DNA of 32,000 bases from Propionibacterium freudenreichii subsp. freudenreichii (lineage in GTDB: Bacteria > Actinomycetota > Actinomycetes > Propionibacteriales > Propionibacteriaceae): the NCBI RefSeq assembly GCF_000940845.1, contig NZ_CP010341.1, forward strand, positions 1 through 32,000, read 5' to 3'. Made by a program: the position numbers and the translations under genes. Within the stretch, counting starts at the first letter, position 1; the number at the start of each line of letters is the position of its first letter. Positions 1 through 7,865 of this stretch are shown in pieces. Below the pieces are notes generated by a model that had not been told where the DNA came from, ran no database searches, and saw only the letters and a list, made by a program, of their open reading frames with translations.

Positions 1-231
1 TTTGGCCAGTCGACACGCCGTAATCGGGTGTGTTCGCCGGTCATGGCTTTGCAAGTACTCGGCTGGGAAAGTAGCGTACTCAGCCGACCCCCCGATCCGA
101 TGCACGATGGTCCCGCTTCCCCCGGAAGCGCCCGTTCGGCGTCCCCTCCCGGGTGGTCAGTGACAAAAGCAGACACGACCGCGGCGTGTGATCCGAGTAG
201 GGTCGGCACAATCCGCCGACGAGAGCGAAGG

Positions 232-1707
232 ATGGACGGTGTGACTCGGGCTACAGACAGTGCTCAAGGGGCCCCCGACCTCCCTGATGCGTGGAAGCAC
301 GTGCTCTCTGACTTCGGTGGCCGCGACAAGGCCTACCTCAGGGGTGCCAAGGCCCTCACCGTGCATGAGTCCACCGTGATGATCGCGGTGCCCAATGACT
401 ACACGCGCGAGAACATCGAATCGAAGCTGCGCGACACCATCGAGTCGCGCCTGTCCGATGTGTACCACCGCGAGATGCGCCTGGCCATCACCGTCGAGCC
501 GAGCCTGGAGCTCGACCTGCGTCCCCCCGAACGCGACGAGGAGGCCGAGCGCGAGGTGGAGCCGGTGCAGTTCATCCCGCGCCAGGACGCCCCGGCGCCG
601 AGCCTGCGTGCGGTGGAGACCCCGCAACCGGCCAGCGCGGAATCCGCCGATGACACCGCGATCGCCGATGGACGCCTCAATCCGCGCTACACCTTCGACA
701 ACTTCGTGATCGGCTCGTCGAACCGCTTCGCCCATGCTGCCGCGGTGGCCGTGGCCGAGGCACCCGGCAAGGCGTACAACCCGCTGATGATCTATGGCGA
801 ATCAGGGCTGGGCAAGACGCACCTGCTGCATGCGCTGGGTCACTATGTGCGCAACTACTACTCCAATGTGCGCGTGAAGTACGTGAGCACCGAGGAGATG
901 ACCAATGAGTTCATCAACGCGGTGGGCGAGAACCGCACGGCCGAGTTCCGCCGCAAGTACCGCGACGACGTCGATGTGTTGCTGATCGACGACATCCAGT
1001 TCCTGGAGGGCAAGACCCAGACCCAGGAGGAGTTCTTCTACACGTTCAATGCGCTGCACAATGCCCAGCGCCAGATCGTGCTCACCTCCGACCGTCCGCC
1101 CAAGGCGCTGGAACAGCTCGAATCACGCCTGCGCAGCCGCTTCGAATGGGGGCTGATCACCGATATCCAGCCGCCCGACCCCGAGACGCGCATCGCGATC
1201 CTGCAGCGCAAGGCCGCCGCGGACAACCTTTCGGTGCCCCCGGGCGTGCTGGAGTTCATTGCCTCGAAGATCCAGACCAACATCCGTGAACTGGAGGGAG
1301 CGCTCATCCGCGTGACCGCCTTCGCCTCGCTCAATCGCGAGGAGGTGTCGCTGGCCGTGGCCGAGCAGGTGCTGCGCGACCTGATTCCCGACGGTGCCGA
1401 GGCCGATGTGACCGCCCCGACGATCATCCACGAGACCGCCAACTACTTCGGCGTGAGCGTCGACGACCTCATCGGCCCGAGCCGCAACCAGACCCTGGTG
1501 ATGGCCCGCCAGATCGCCATGTACCTGTGCCGCGAGCTCACCGACCTGTCGTTGCCGAAGATCGGCCAGGAATTCGGTGGCAAGGACCACACCACGGTGA
1601 TGCACGCCGATCGCAAGATCCGCAAGCTGATGAGTGAGCGCCGCAGCGTCTACAACCAGGTAACCGAGCTCACCAACCGCATCAAGCAGAATTCCGCGCG
1701 CCGCTAG
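232..1707 (+). CDS. dnaA: Chromosomal replication initiator protein DnaA
   Basis: ORF 28..1707. Has the AAA+ Walker A GESGLGKTHL, the RFEWGL and IRELEGAL blocks, and the C-terminal DNA-binding region (ARQIAMYLCRELT..LPKIGQEFGGKDHTTVMHA). Start moved to ATG 232, preceded by purine-rich GAGAGCGAAGG. GTG 241 (AAGGA 8 nt upstream) is equally possible. The ORF-track ATG 28 adds a non-conserved 68 aa. Confidence 0.93.
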   Translation: MDGVTRATDSAQGAPDLPDAWKHVLSDFGGRDKAYLRGAKALTVHESTVMIAVPNDYTRENIESKLRDTIESRLSDVYHREMRLAITVEPSLELDLRPPERDEEAEREVEPVQFIPRQDAPAPSLRAVETPQPASAESADDTAIADGRLNPRYTFDNFVIGSSNRFAHAAAVAVAEAPGKAYNPLMIYGESGLGKTHLLHALGHYVRNYYSNVRVKYVSTEEMTNEFINAVGENRTAEFRRKYRDDVDVLLIDDIQFLEGKTQTQEEFFYTFNALHNAQRQIVLTSDRPPKALEQLESRLRSRFEWGLITDIQPPDPETRIAILQRKAAADNLSVPPGVLEFIASKIQTNIRELEGALIRVTAFASLNREEVSLAVAEQVLRDLIPDGAEADVTAPTIIHETANYFGVSVDDLIGPSRNQTLVMARQIAMYLCRELTDLSLPKIGQEFGGKDHTTVMHADRKIRKLMSERRSVYNQVTELTNRIKQNSARR

Positions 1708-3151
1708 TCGCAGGCGAGATGAGGCCGCAGACGCCGACCCCCACCACGAGCACCCCCACGCACATCCACAACGCGGGCAGCAGCCCATCGACGAACGGCT
1801 GACCGGGACGATAGCTGCCGGCGCTGGTGAAGATGGCCGTGCAGACGGCGACCCCCAGCGTCACGCCCACCTGGCGCAGGGTGGAGTTCACGCCCGACGC
1901 CACTGCGTACTCGGGGCCCTGGCGACCCTGCAGCGCCGCCGTGGACAGCGGTGCGAAGCTCAGGCCCATGCCGACGCCACCGACGAACATCGGGGCGATC
2001 ACGGCGCCGTAGGTGACGCCCGGCGACAGCACGAGGGCCATCCACAGCAGCGCCACCGCCTCCAGGCCGAGTCCGATCATGAGCACCAGGCGCACGCCGA
2101 TGCGCTGCACGATCAATCCGACGATCGGCGCCATCACCATCGGCATCAGCGTCCAGGGCGCGGCGCGCCAGCCGGCACCCAGCGCCGAGTAGCCCATCGA
2201 CACCTCCAGGAACTGGCTCAGCAGGAAGATCGCGCCGAACACCCCGCCAGCGAACAGGAAGGTGGCGGCATTGGCGGCGCTGAACACCCGGTCGCGGAAC
2301 ATGGCAACCGGCAGGAAGGCCGAGCGCGCGCGACGCTCACGCATCAGGAAGCAGACGATGCACACCAGGGCCACGGCCAGTCCGAGCAGTGTGCGGGCGC
2401 TGGTCCAGCCGTGGTCGGGGGCCTCCACGATCGTCCACACGAGCATGAAGATCGACGCGATACCCAGGGCCATGCCAAGCAGGTCGATGCCCCGACGCTC
2501 CTGCGACCCACGCGCGGCGGCGGCACCCCGCAGGCTCACCAGGGCGAGCACGATGGCCACCACGCCGACGGGCACGTTGATCCAGAAGATCGCGCTCCAG
2601 TGCAGGCCCTGGATCACCGCGCCACCGACGATCGGACCCGCGGCAGTGCCGATGCCATTGACCCCGCCCCAGATGCCGATCGCCATCGGACGCTTCGCCG
2701 GCGGCACCATGTCGGCCAACAGGGCCAGCGACAGGGTGACGATCGCCGCCGCCCCGGCCCCCTCCACGGCACGCGCCGCGATGAGCATGGCCGATGAACC
2801 ACTCACCGCGGCCCAGGCGGAGGCGCCGGTGAACACGGTGATGCCGATGAGGAAGACGCGACGGCGTCCGAAGCGGTCACCCAACGCGGCCGCGGGCAAC
2901 AAGAGCGCCGCGAAAACGATCGTGTAGGCGTTCACGAACCACTGCAACTGCGTCACCGAGGCGTTCATCGCCTTCTGGATCACCGGCAACGCAAAGGTCA
3001 TCACCAGGTCGTCCAGGGCGGTCATCAGGGTGGGGAGGGCGGCGGCGATGATCACCATCGCCAGGCCGTGGCCGGCGCGCCCGCTTGGTCGGCGCGCATC
3101 GGACTCGGGTGCCTCGGGGGCGCCCGGGGACTGCCTCAGGATTATCGTCAT
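1682..3151 (-). CDS. MFS transporter, 14-TMS drug:H+ antiporter (EmrB/QacA, DHA2-like)
   Basis: 489 aa and hydrophobic throughout. MFS signature-like motifs (LGDRFGRRRVFLIG; GAGAAAIVTLSLALLADMVPPAKR). GGAG lies 8 nt upstream of ATG 3151. The 3' end overlaps the dnaA 3' end by 26 nt, convergently. Confidence 0.85.
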   Translation of the reverse strand: MTIILRQSPGAPEAPESDARRPSGRAGHGLAMVIIAAALPTLMTALDDLVMTFALPVIQKAMNASVTQLQWFVNAYTIVFAALLLPAAALGDRFGRRRVFLIGITVFTGASAWAAVSGSSAMLIAARAVEGAGAAAIVTLSLALLADMVPPAKRPMAIGIWGGVNGIGTAAGPIVGGAVIQGLHWSAIFWINVPVGVVAIVLALVSLRGAAAARGSQERRGIDLLGMALGIASIFMLVWTIVEAPDHGWTSARTLLGLAVALVCIVCFLMRERRARSAFLPVAMFRDRVFSAANAATFLFAGGVFGAIFLLSQFLEVSMGYSALGAGWRAAPWTLMPMVMAPIVGLIVQRIGVRLVLMIGLGLEAVALLWMALVLSPGVTYGAVIAPMFVGGVGMGLSFAPLSTAALQGRQGPEYAVASGVNSTLRQVGVTLGVAVCTAIFTSAGSYRPGQPFVDGLLPALWMCVGVLVVGVGVCGLISPATSGARNSA

Positions 3152-3164
3152 GTTGACTCCGTTC

Positions 3165-3216
3165 CACTAGATAGTGTTTCTATCTAACAAAACTAGATAG
3201 TATGTCTATCCAGTGG
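3165..3216. promoter_or_regulatory. Twin 19-bp palindromic operators in the divergent MFS/MerR intergenic region
   Basis: TAGATAG-TGTTT-CTATCTA (3168-3186) and TAGATAG-TATGT-CTATC (3194-3210), centres 26 bp apart. They are nested in an outer inverted repeat CCACTAGATAG...CTATCCAGTGG. The patch is AT-rich in a GC-rich genome. A candidate minus-strand promoter, TTGCAC (3225-3220) - 17 nt - TACTAT (3202-3197), overlaps palindrome 2. Confidence 0.55.
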
Positions 3217-3392
3217 CGGGTGCAAGATCGTCCCATGGCAGGCGCCGACGATGCGTTCGACACCGGGACGCCGAACCCCGGGCGCTGGGCCCCAACGCAA
3301 TGGGAACAGTGCAATGAACAACAGTGCAGCGAACAACGGGGCAACGGAGAACAGGGCGAAGGACGACAGGGACCTCAGGGAAGGGTGCATCG

Positions 3393-4010
3393 ATGCGCAT
3401 CTCGGAGCTGGCGCATGCGGCGAAGGTGCCGCTGCCAACCGTGAAGTACTACCAACGCGAGGGGCTGCTTCCCCCCGGACGGGCGGTCAACGCCCGCGAG
3501 TCGCAGTACGGCGAGGAGCACCTGTCCCGGCTGCGCGTGGTGCGCGTCCTGGTCACCGGGCTGGGCCTGACCATTGCCCAGGTGCGTCATGTGCTCGACG
3601 TGCTCGACGGCCCCCAGCGCGATCCCTACCAGGCGATGGGCGAGGCGACGAAGAACCTGCCGCTCACGGCACCGGCGTCGCAGACCAGCACCCCCGACGA
3701 TGACGTCGCCATGGTGCGCGCCCTGGGTTTCACCCACATCATCGATCCGCAGTTGGCCGGCCAGCTCGGCAATGCCCTGCGCTGGGCGGCCGAATCAGGC
3801 GTCAGCGTGACCCCGGAGCTCCTCGGCGCCTACCTGGACGCCACCCGGCAGATCGCCCGGGCCGACTTCGAGGTGATTCCCCGCACGAACTCCCGGGAGT
3901 CGGTCTCCTTCGCCGTGGTCGGCACCGTGGTGATGGAACCGGTGTTGCTCGCGCTGCGTCGACTGGCCCACGAGGAGCTTGCCCAGGAGATGGAGGACGA
4001 CGAGGGCTAG
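3393..4010 (+). CDS. MerR-family transcriptional regulator
   Basis: N-terminal MerR HTH: MRISELAHAAKVPLPTVKYYQREGLLPPGR...YGEEHLSRLRVVRVL. ATG 3393 is preceded by GGAAGGG. Divergent from the MFS gene. The stop overlaps the stop of the convergent glycosyltransferase (CTAG 4007-4010). Confidence 0.85.
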   Translation: MRISELAHAAKVPLPTVKYYQREGLLPPGRAVNARESQYGEEHLSRLRVVRVLVTGLGLTIAQVRHVLDVLDGPQRDPYQAMGEATKNLPLTAPASQTSTPDDDVAMVRALGFTHIIDPQLAGQLGNALRWAAESGVSVTPELLGAYLDATRQIARADFEVIPRTNSRESVSFAVVGTVVMEPVLLALRRLAHEELAQEMEDDEG

Positions 4011-5188
4011 CCGGGCCCGCGGCGCGACCGGCCACCCCGTGCGCGCTCGATCCCGTGCCGCTCGATGGCCTCGCGATAGCGCTCCACCAGGCTGCGGGTG
4101 GCCGCGGCCCAGTCGTGGCGCTCGGCCTCGGCCCGGGCCGCCACGGCCATGAGGGTACGCAGCCGACGCGCGGCGTCGTCGTCGCCCAGCAGGCGTCGGG
4201 CACGGTCGGCAAACCCGGCGCCGTCATGGGGCGTCACCAGAAAGCCATCGGTGCCGTCGTGGATCACATCGGGCAGCCCGCCCGCCGCGGCCGCGATCAC
4301 CGGCACGCCCGAGGCCATCGATTCCAGCGCCACCAGGCCGAGCGTCTCGGTGGTGGAGGGAAAGACGAAGGCGTCGGCGCTGGCATAGGCGGCAGCCAGC
4401 TCACTGCCCGCCAGGTAGCCGGTGAACACGGTGGGCGTACCCACGAAGGCCCGCTCCAGCTCGGCGCGGGCCGGGCCCGAACCCACCATCGCCAGGCGAT
4501 ATCCCTGCGCGCCCAGCACGCGCATCGGCTCCACCAGGTCGGCCAGGTCCTTCTCCCGACTCAGCCGCCCCACGTAGATCAGCAGCCGGGCATCGGGGTG
4601 GCCGTCGGTGAGCCGGGCGCGCATCGCGGCACTGGCCCGCCCGGGCCGGAACGTCTGCACGTCCACCGCCTTGGGCCACAGTTCCACGTGGCGCACGCCG
4701 CGACGCCGGGCCCGGCGCACCATCGTCGGCGAGGTGCACAGGTTCACCTGCGCCCGGTTGTGCAGGAACCGCGTCCACCCGACCATGGGACGCCGCGCCC
4801 ACCCGACGCCCAGCTTGCCCAGGTAGTCGGCCAGGTCGGTGTGATAGCTCGCCAACAGCGGCAGCCTGCGATGCACGGCCACCTCGACGCCGAACGCCGC
4901 CAGCGCCACGGGGTTGACCGCATGCACCACGTCGGGACGAAAGTGCACCATCTTGTCGGCGATGCTCGGTGTGGGCAGCCCCACCTTGATCTCGGGATAG
5001 ATGGGGCGCAGCGAGAAGGAGCGCACCCGCGACACCGGTTGACCCGCATGGCTGGCCGGTGGATTCCCGGGCGCGAAGACGAGCACCTCATGGCCGATCT
5101 CGCCGAGCTGCTCCAGGGTGTGGGTGAGCCGGGTGACCACCCCGTCGACCTTGGGCAGGAAGACCTCGGTGAACATGGCGACGCGCAT
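4007..5188 (-). CDS. GT4 glycosyltransferase, SQD2/SqdX-like (putative sulfoquinovosyl transferase)
   Basis: 393 aa. Matches recalled plant SQD2 block by block: SYHT...Y, FLH..A, LW.K.VD...F.P, VGR.S.EK, GP....LE..F.G.P.VFTG.L.G.EL..AYAS.D.FVFPS..ETLG.V.LE.M.SG.PV.AA.AGG.PD.I, DW.AAT. Lies 13 nt downstream of sqdB on the same strand. Confidence 0.8.
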   Translation of the reverse strand: MRVAMFTEVFLPKVDGVVTRLTHTLEQLGEIGHEVLVFAPGNPPASHAGQPVSRVRSFSLRPIYPEIKVGLPTPSIADKMVHFRPDVVHAVNPVALAAFGVEVAVHRRLPLLASYHTDLADYLGKLGVGWARRPMVGWTRFLHNRAQVNLCTSPTMVRRARRRGVRHVELWPKAVDVQTFRPGRASAAMRARLTDGHPDARLLIYVGRLSREKDLADLVEPMRVLGAQGYRLAMVGSGPARAELERAFVGTPTVFTGYLAGSELAAAYASADAFVFPSTTETLGLVALESMASGVPVIAAAAGGLPDVIHDGTDGFLVTPHDGAGFADRARRLLGDDDAARRLRTLMAVAARAEAERHDWAAATRSLVERYREAIERHGIERARGGRSRRGPG

Positions 5189-5201
5189 GGCGTCGGTTCC
5201 C

Positions 5202-6449
5202 CTAGCCCGCGTCGATCGCGGTCACCGGATCGGTCGGCAAGCCGCCGGGGGAATCCTCGCGGTATGCGGCCGGGATACCGGGCTGGCGGTCCTTCGTCCA
5301 CAGGGAGCGGGCCGGGATGTGGGCGAAGTCCACCCGGTCGCGATATTTGGCGGCGGTCTGGTTGATCTCGCCGAGCAGCCCCTGGCTCAGCGTGGTGGGA
5401 TGCAGGCCCAGGTCGAGGAATGCCTCGGCGGTGACGTGCAGTTCGTTCTCGTCGGCCTCGTTGCGCGGATCGGGCACGTTCTCCACCACGGCCCCGGTGA
5501 GGCGTGCCACCATCGCGGCCAGGTCGCGCACCCGGTGGGTCTCGGTCATCTGGTTGAAGATCTTCACCCGCACGCCGCGCTCGGGAGGGTTGGCCAGCGC
5601 CAACTCGATACAGCGGGTCATGTCCTGGATGTGGATGAACGCCCGCGTCTGACCGCCGGTGCCGTGCACGGTGAGCGGATAGCCGACCGCGGCCTGCACC
5701 AGGAAGCGGTTCAACACGGTGCCGTAGTCGCCGTCGTAATCGAAGCGGTTCACCAGCCGCTCATCGAGCTGCGTCTCGGGGGTGGACGTGCCCCAGATGA
5801 TGCCCTGGTGCAGGTCGGTGATGCGCAGCGCGTCGTTCTTCGCGTAGTAGGCGAACAGGTCCTGGTCGAGCACCTTGGTCATGTGGTAGATCGAGCCGGG
5901 GCTGGTGGGATAGAGGATCTCGCGGTGCATCTCGCCGGCCTCGCCGTTCACGGCGACGTCGAGATATCCCTCGGGGATCTTCATGCCGGCGGTGCCGTAG
6001 CCGTAGACGCCCATCGTGCCCAGGTGCACCAGGTGGATGTCCAGGCCCGATTCGACGATGGCGCACAGCACATTGTCGGTGGCGTTGACGTTGTTGTTCA
6101 CCGTGTAGCGCTTGTGGCGCGATGACTTCATGGAATAGGGCGCCGAGCGCTGTTCGGCGAAGTGCACGATGGCGTCGGGACGCAGCGTGACCAGCAGGTC
6201 GAGCAGGCGCTCGTAGTCGGTGGCGACGTCGAGCTCCACCAGGTCGAGATGGCGTCCGGTGGCCTCGGCCCAGGCAGCACGGCGCTCGGCGTTCGAGCGG
6301 ATGGGGGTCAGTGATCCGGCCCCGAGTTCCTCGTCGATGCGGCGTCGGGAGAAGTTGTCGACGATGGTCACCTCGTTGCCCAGCGCCGACAGGTGCAGGC
6401 TTGCGGGCCACCCGCAGAAGCCGTCGCCACCGAGAACCACAATCTTCAT
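5202..6449 (-). CDS. sqdB: UDP-sulfoquinovose synthase (SQD1/SqdB family SDR)
   Basis: MKIVVLGGDGFCGWP..LHLS..G.EV.IVDN.SRR.ID.ELG..SLTPI, HFAEQRSAPYSM, NNV..T.N.L.AI, LGTMG.YG, GS.YH..K, TDL.QG...G, R.DYD...GT.LNRF.VQAAVG.PLTV.G.GGQTR are nearly collinear with recalled SQD1. Start chosen at ATG 6449 (AAGGA 8 nt upstream). ATG 6458 is the alternative. The ORF-track start 6602 adds unconserved residues. Confidence 0.85.
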   Translation of the reverse strand: MKIVVLGGDGFCGWPASLHLSALGNEVTIVDNFSRRRIDEELGAGSLTPIRSNAERRAAWAEATGRHLDLVELDVATDYERLLDLLVTLRPDAIVHFAEQRSAPYSMKSSRHKRYTVNNNVNATDNVLCAIVESGLDIHLVHLGTMGVYGYGTAGMKIPEGYLDVAVNGEAGEMHREILYPTSPGSIYHMTKVLDQDLFAYYAKNDALRITDLHQGIIWGTSTPETQLDERLVNRFDYDGDYGTVLNRFLVQAAVGYPLTVHGTGGQTRAFIHIQDMTRCIELALANPPERGVRVKIFNQMTETHRVRDLAAMVARLTGAVVENVPDPRNEADENELHVTAEAFLDLGLHPTTLSQGLLGEINQTAAKYRDRVDFAHIPARSLWTKDRQPGIPAAYREDSPGGLPTDPVTAIDAG

Positions 6450-6620
6450 CTGCGTCATCCTTTGCTCACGAGGTCGGGCCCCGGGGGTGCTTCGCGTGTG
6501 AACGCCGTCGCTCACCACATTAACCAGACGGCCCTGCCACACTTCGCCCACCTGCGGCCGGCCTGACGCGAACGGACGGCCGCAGCCATCAGATTTCACC
6601 AAGTTTTCATGCGGTTCTCC

Positions 6621-6868
6621 CTGTCCGCAGACCTGTGGATAACTCGCCGTTCATGGGGAGATCATGTGGACGCCCATCCCCAACCCTCCGCCGCTGTCCA
6701 CAGGCGTCCACAGGCGCATGGCGTGTCGTCAACAGCGCATCAACAGGCAGATCGGGCCGAATCACGCCTGAAACGGCAGTTGTCCACCGGATCCACACGT
6801 GTGAAGAGGGGTACTGAATGGACATACAAAGAAGAAATTCCAAGTCTGCTGCACCCATCTGTGGACGG
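6621..6868. promoter_or_regulatory. Cluster of eight DnaA-box-like 9-mers (candidate oriC or DnaA-binding region)
   Basis: Read directly. CTGTCCGCA 6621-6629 (7/9). TGTGGATAA 6634-6642 (rc TTATCCACA, 9/9). TGTGGACGC 6665-6673 (7/9). CTGTCCACA 6694-6702 (8/9). GCGTCCACA 6704-6712 (7/9). TTGTCCACC 6780-6788 (8/9). GGATCCACA 6789-6797 (7/9). TGTGGACGG 6860-6868 (7/9). Scored against TT(A/G)TCCACA. An AT-rich tract (cagatttcaccaagttttcat, 6588-6608, 14/21 A+T) adjoins the cluster. Confidence 0.6.
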
Positions 6869-7864
6869 CCCCACGAGCCACGGGAAGACGGCTCGGCAGG
6901 GCCCCGAAGGTGCGCTAACGTGACCGTCGTGCCCCCACAAGACAGTCCACGAGCACGTCGTGCCGCAGCCGACGATCCGGGTGTATCAGACGGCGTTCCC
7001 GAAGCGACGTCCGCCGCCCTGCATGCCGACGAGCAGCCCCCGCTGGGCGAGGTCCCCGTACCGCGGGATGACAACTCGGAGATCGCTGCGTACACCAGGG
7101 ACCTGACCAAGGTCTACGGCAGCGGCGACGCCGAGGTGGTGGCGCTCGACCATGTTGACGTCGACTTCTTCAAGGCACGCTTCACCGCCGTGATGGGCCC
7201 CTCGGGGTCGGGCAAGTCAACGCTGATGCACTGCGTGGCCGGCCTGGACGCACCCACCTCAGGCGAGGTGGTGATCGGCGACACCAACATCGCCACCCTC
7301 AAGGACTCCAGGCTCACCGAACTGCGCCGTGACCGCATCGGCTTCGTGTTCCAGTCATTCAACCTGATTCCCACGCTCACCGCGCTGGAGAACATCGAGT
7401 TGCCGATGGCGATCGCCGGGCGCAAGCCCGACCCGGAATGGCTCGACCACGTGATCGACATCGTGGGGCTGCGCAGCCGCCTCAAGCACAAGCCGTCGCA
7501 GCTTTCCGGCGGCCAGCAGCAGCGCGTGGCGTGTGCCCGCGCCCTGGTGGGCAAGCCCGACATCATCTTCGCCGACGAACCCACCGGCAACCTCGACTCG
7601 GCGGCCTCCGCCGAGATCCTGGGCTTCCTGGCCTCCAGCGTCACCGACCTGGGCCAGACCATCGTGATGGTCACCCACGACCCCACCGCGGCCGCCTACG
7701 CCAATCGGGCGTTGTTCCTGGCCGACGGGCGCATCGTCGCCGACATGGACGATCCCGACCGCGACAAGGTGCTCGCCCGCATGGTCGAGCTGAGCTCCCC
7801 GGTTGACGCGTCCGCACCCGGTGCGTCGACGCAGGCTGCCGGTCCTTCGACAGTTCAGGGCTGA
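6818..7864 (+). CDS. ABC transporter ATP-binding protein (MacB/LolD/FtsE-like) with a disordered N-terminal extension
   Basis: Walker [11 protein letters not shown]-loop, signature [15 protein letters not shown], Walker [14 protein letters not shown]-loop VMVTHD. No in-frame ATG or GTG lies close to the ATPase core, so an N-terminal extension of at least 50 aa is real. Candidate starts are ATG 6818 (GAGGGG 8 nt upstream), GTG 6920 and GTG 6929. Confidence 0.88.
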   Translation: MDIQRRNSKSAAPICGRPHEPREDGSAGPRRCANVTVVPPQDSPRARRAAADDPGVSDGVPEATSAALHADEQPPLGEVPVPRDDNSEIAAYTRDLTKVYGSGDAEVVALDHVDVDFFKARFTAVMGPSGSGKSTLMHCVAGLDAPTSGEVVIGDTNIATLKDSRLTELRRDRIGFVFQSFNLIPTLTALENIELPMAIAGRKPDPEWLDHVIDIVGLRSRLKHKPSQLSGGQQQRVACARALVGKPDIIFADEPTGNLDSAASAEILGFLASSVTDLGQTIVMVTHDPTAAAYANRALFLADGRIVADMDDPDRDKVLARMVELSSPVDASAPGASTQAAGPSTVQG

Positions 7865-7865
7865 C

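Noticed and set aside
28-231. 68-aa N-terminal extension of DnaA from the ORF-track ATG at 28
   Set aside because: The extension is Pro/Ser/Arg-rich and unlike DnaA domain I, which begins near WKHVLSDF. Purine-rich SD-like sequence precedes ATG 232 / GTG 241.
3193-3390. Small minus-strand ORF (65 aa from ATG 3390) encoding a hydrophobic segment SSFALFSVAPLFAALLFIALFPL upstream of the MFS gene, arising from a 49-nt T-free purine-rich tract on the plus strand
   Set aside because: It has no convincing SD. It starts 2 nt from the MerR ATG inside the GCATCGATGC palindrome and runs through the operator palindrome. Hand-counted third-position GC is about 69%, which looks lower than in the neighbouring genes (I did not count theirs). 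It is probably a by-product of the purine-rich MerR leader. Ribo-seq could revive it.
4055-6125. Plus-strand ORFs 4055..5365 (436 aa) and 5118..6125 (335 aa)
   Set aside because: They are antisense to the well-supported SQD2-like and sqdB genes. Their composition is low-complexity and Arg/Gly/His-rich, and they have no recognisable domains.
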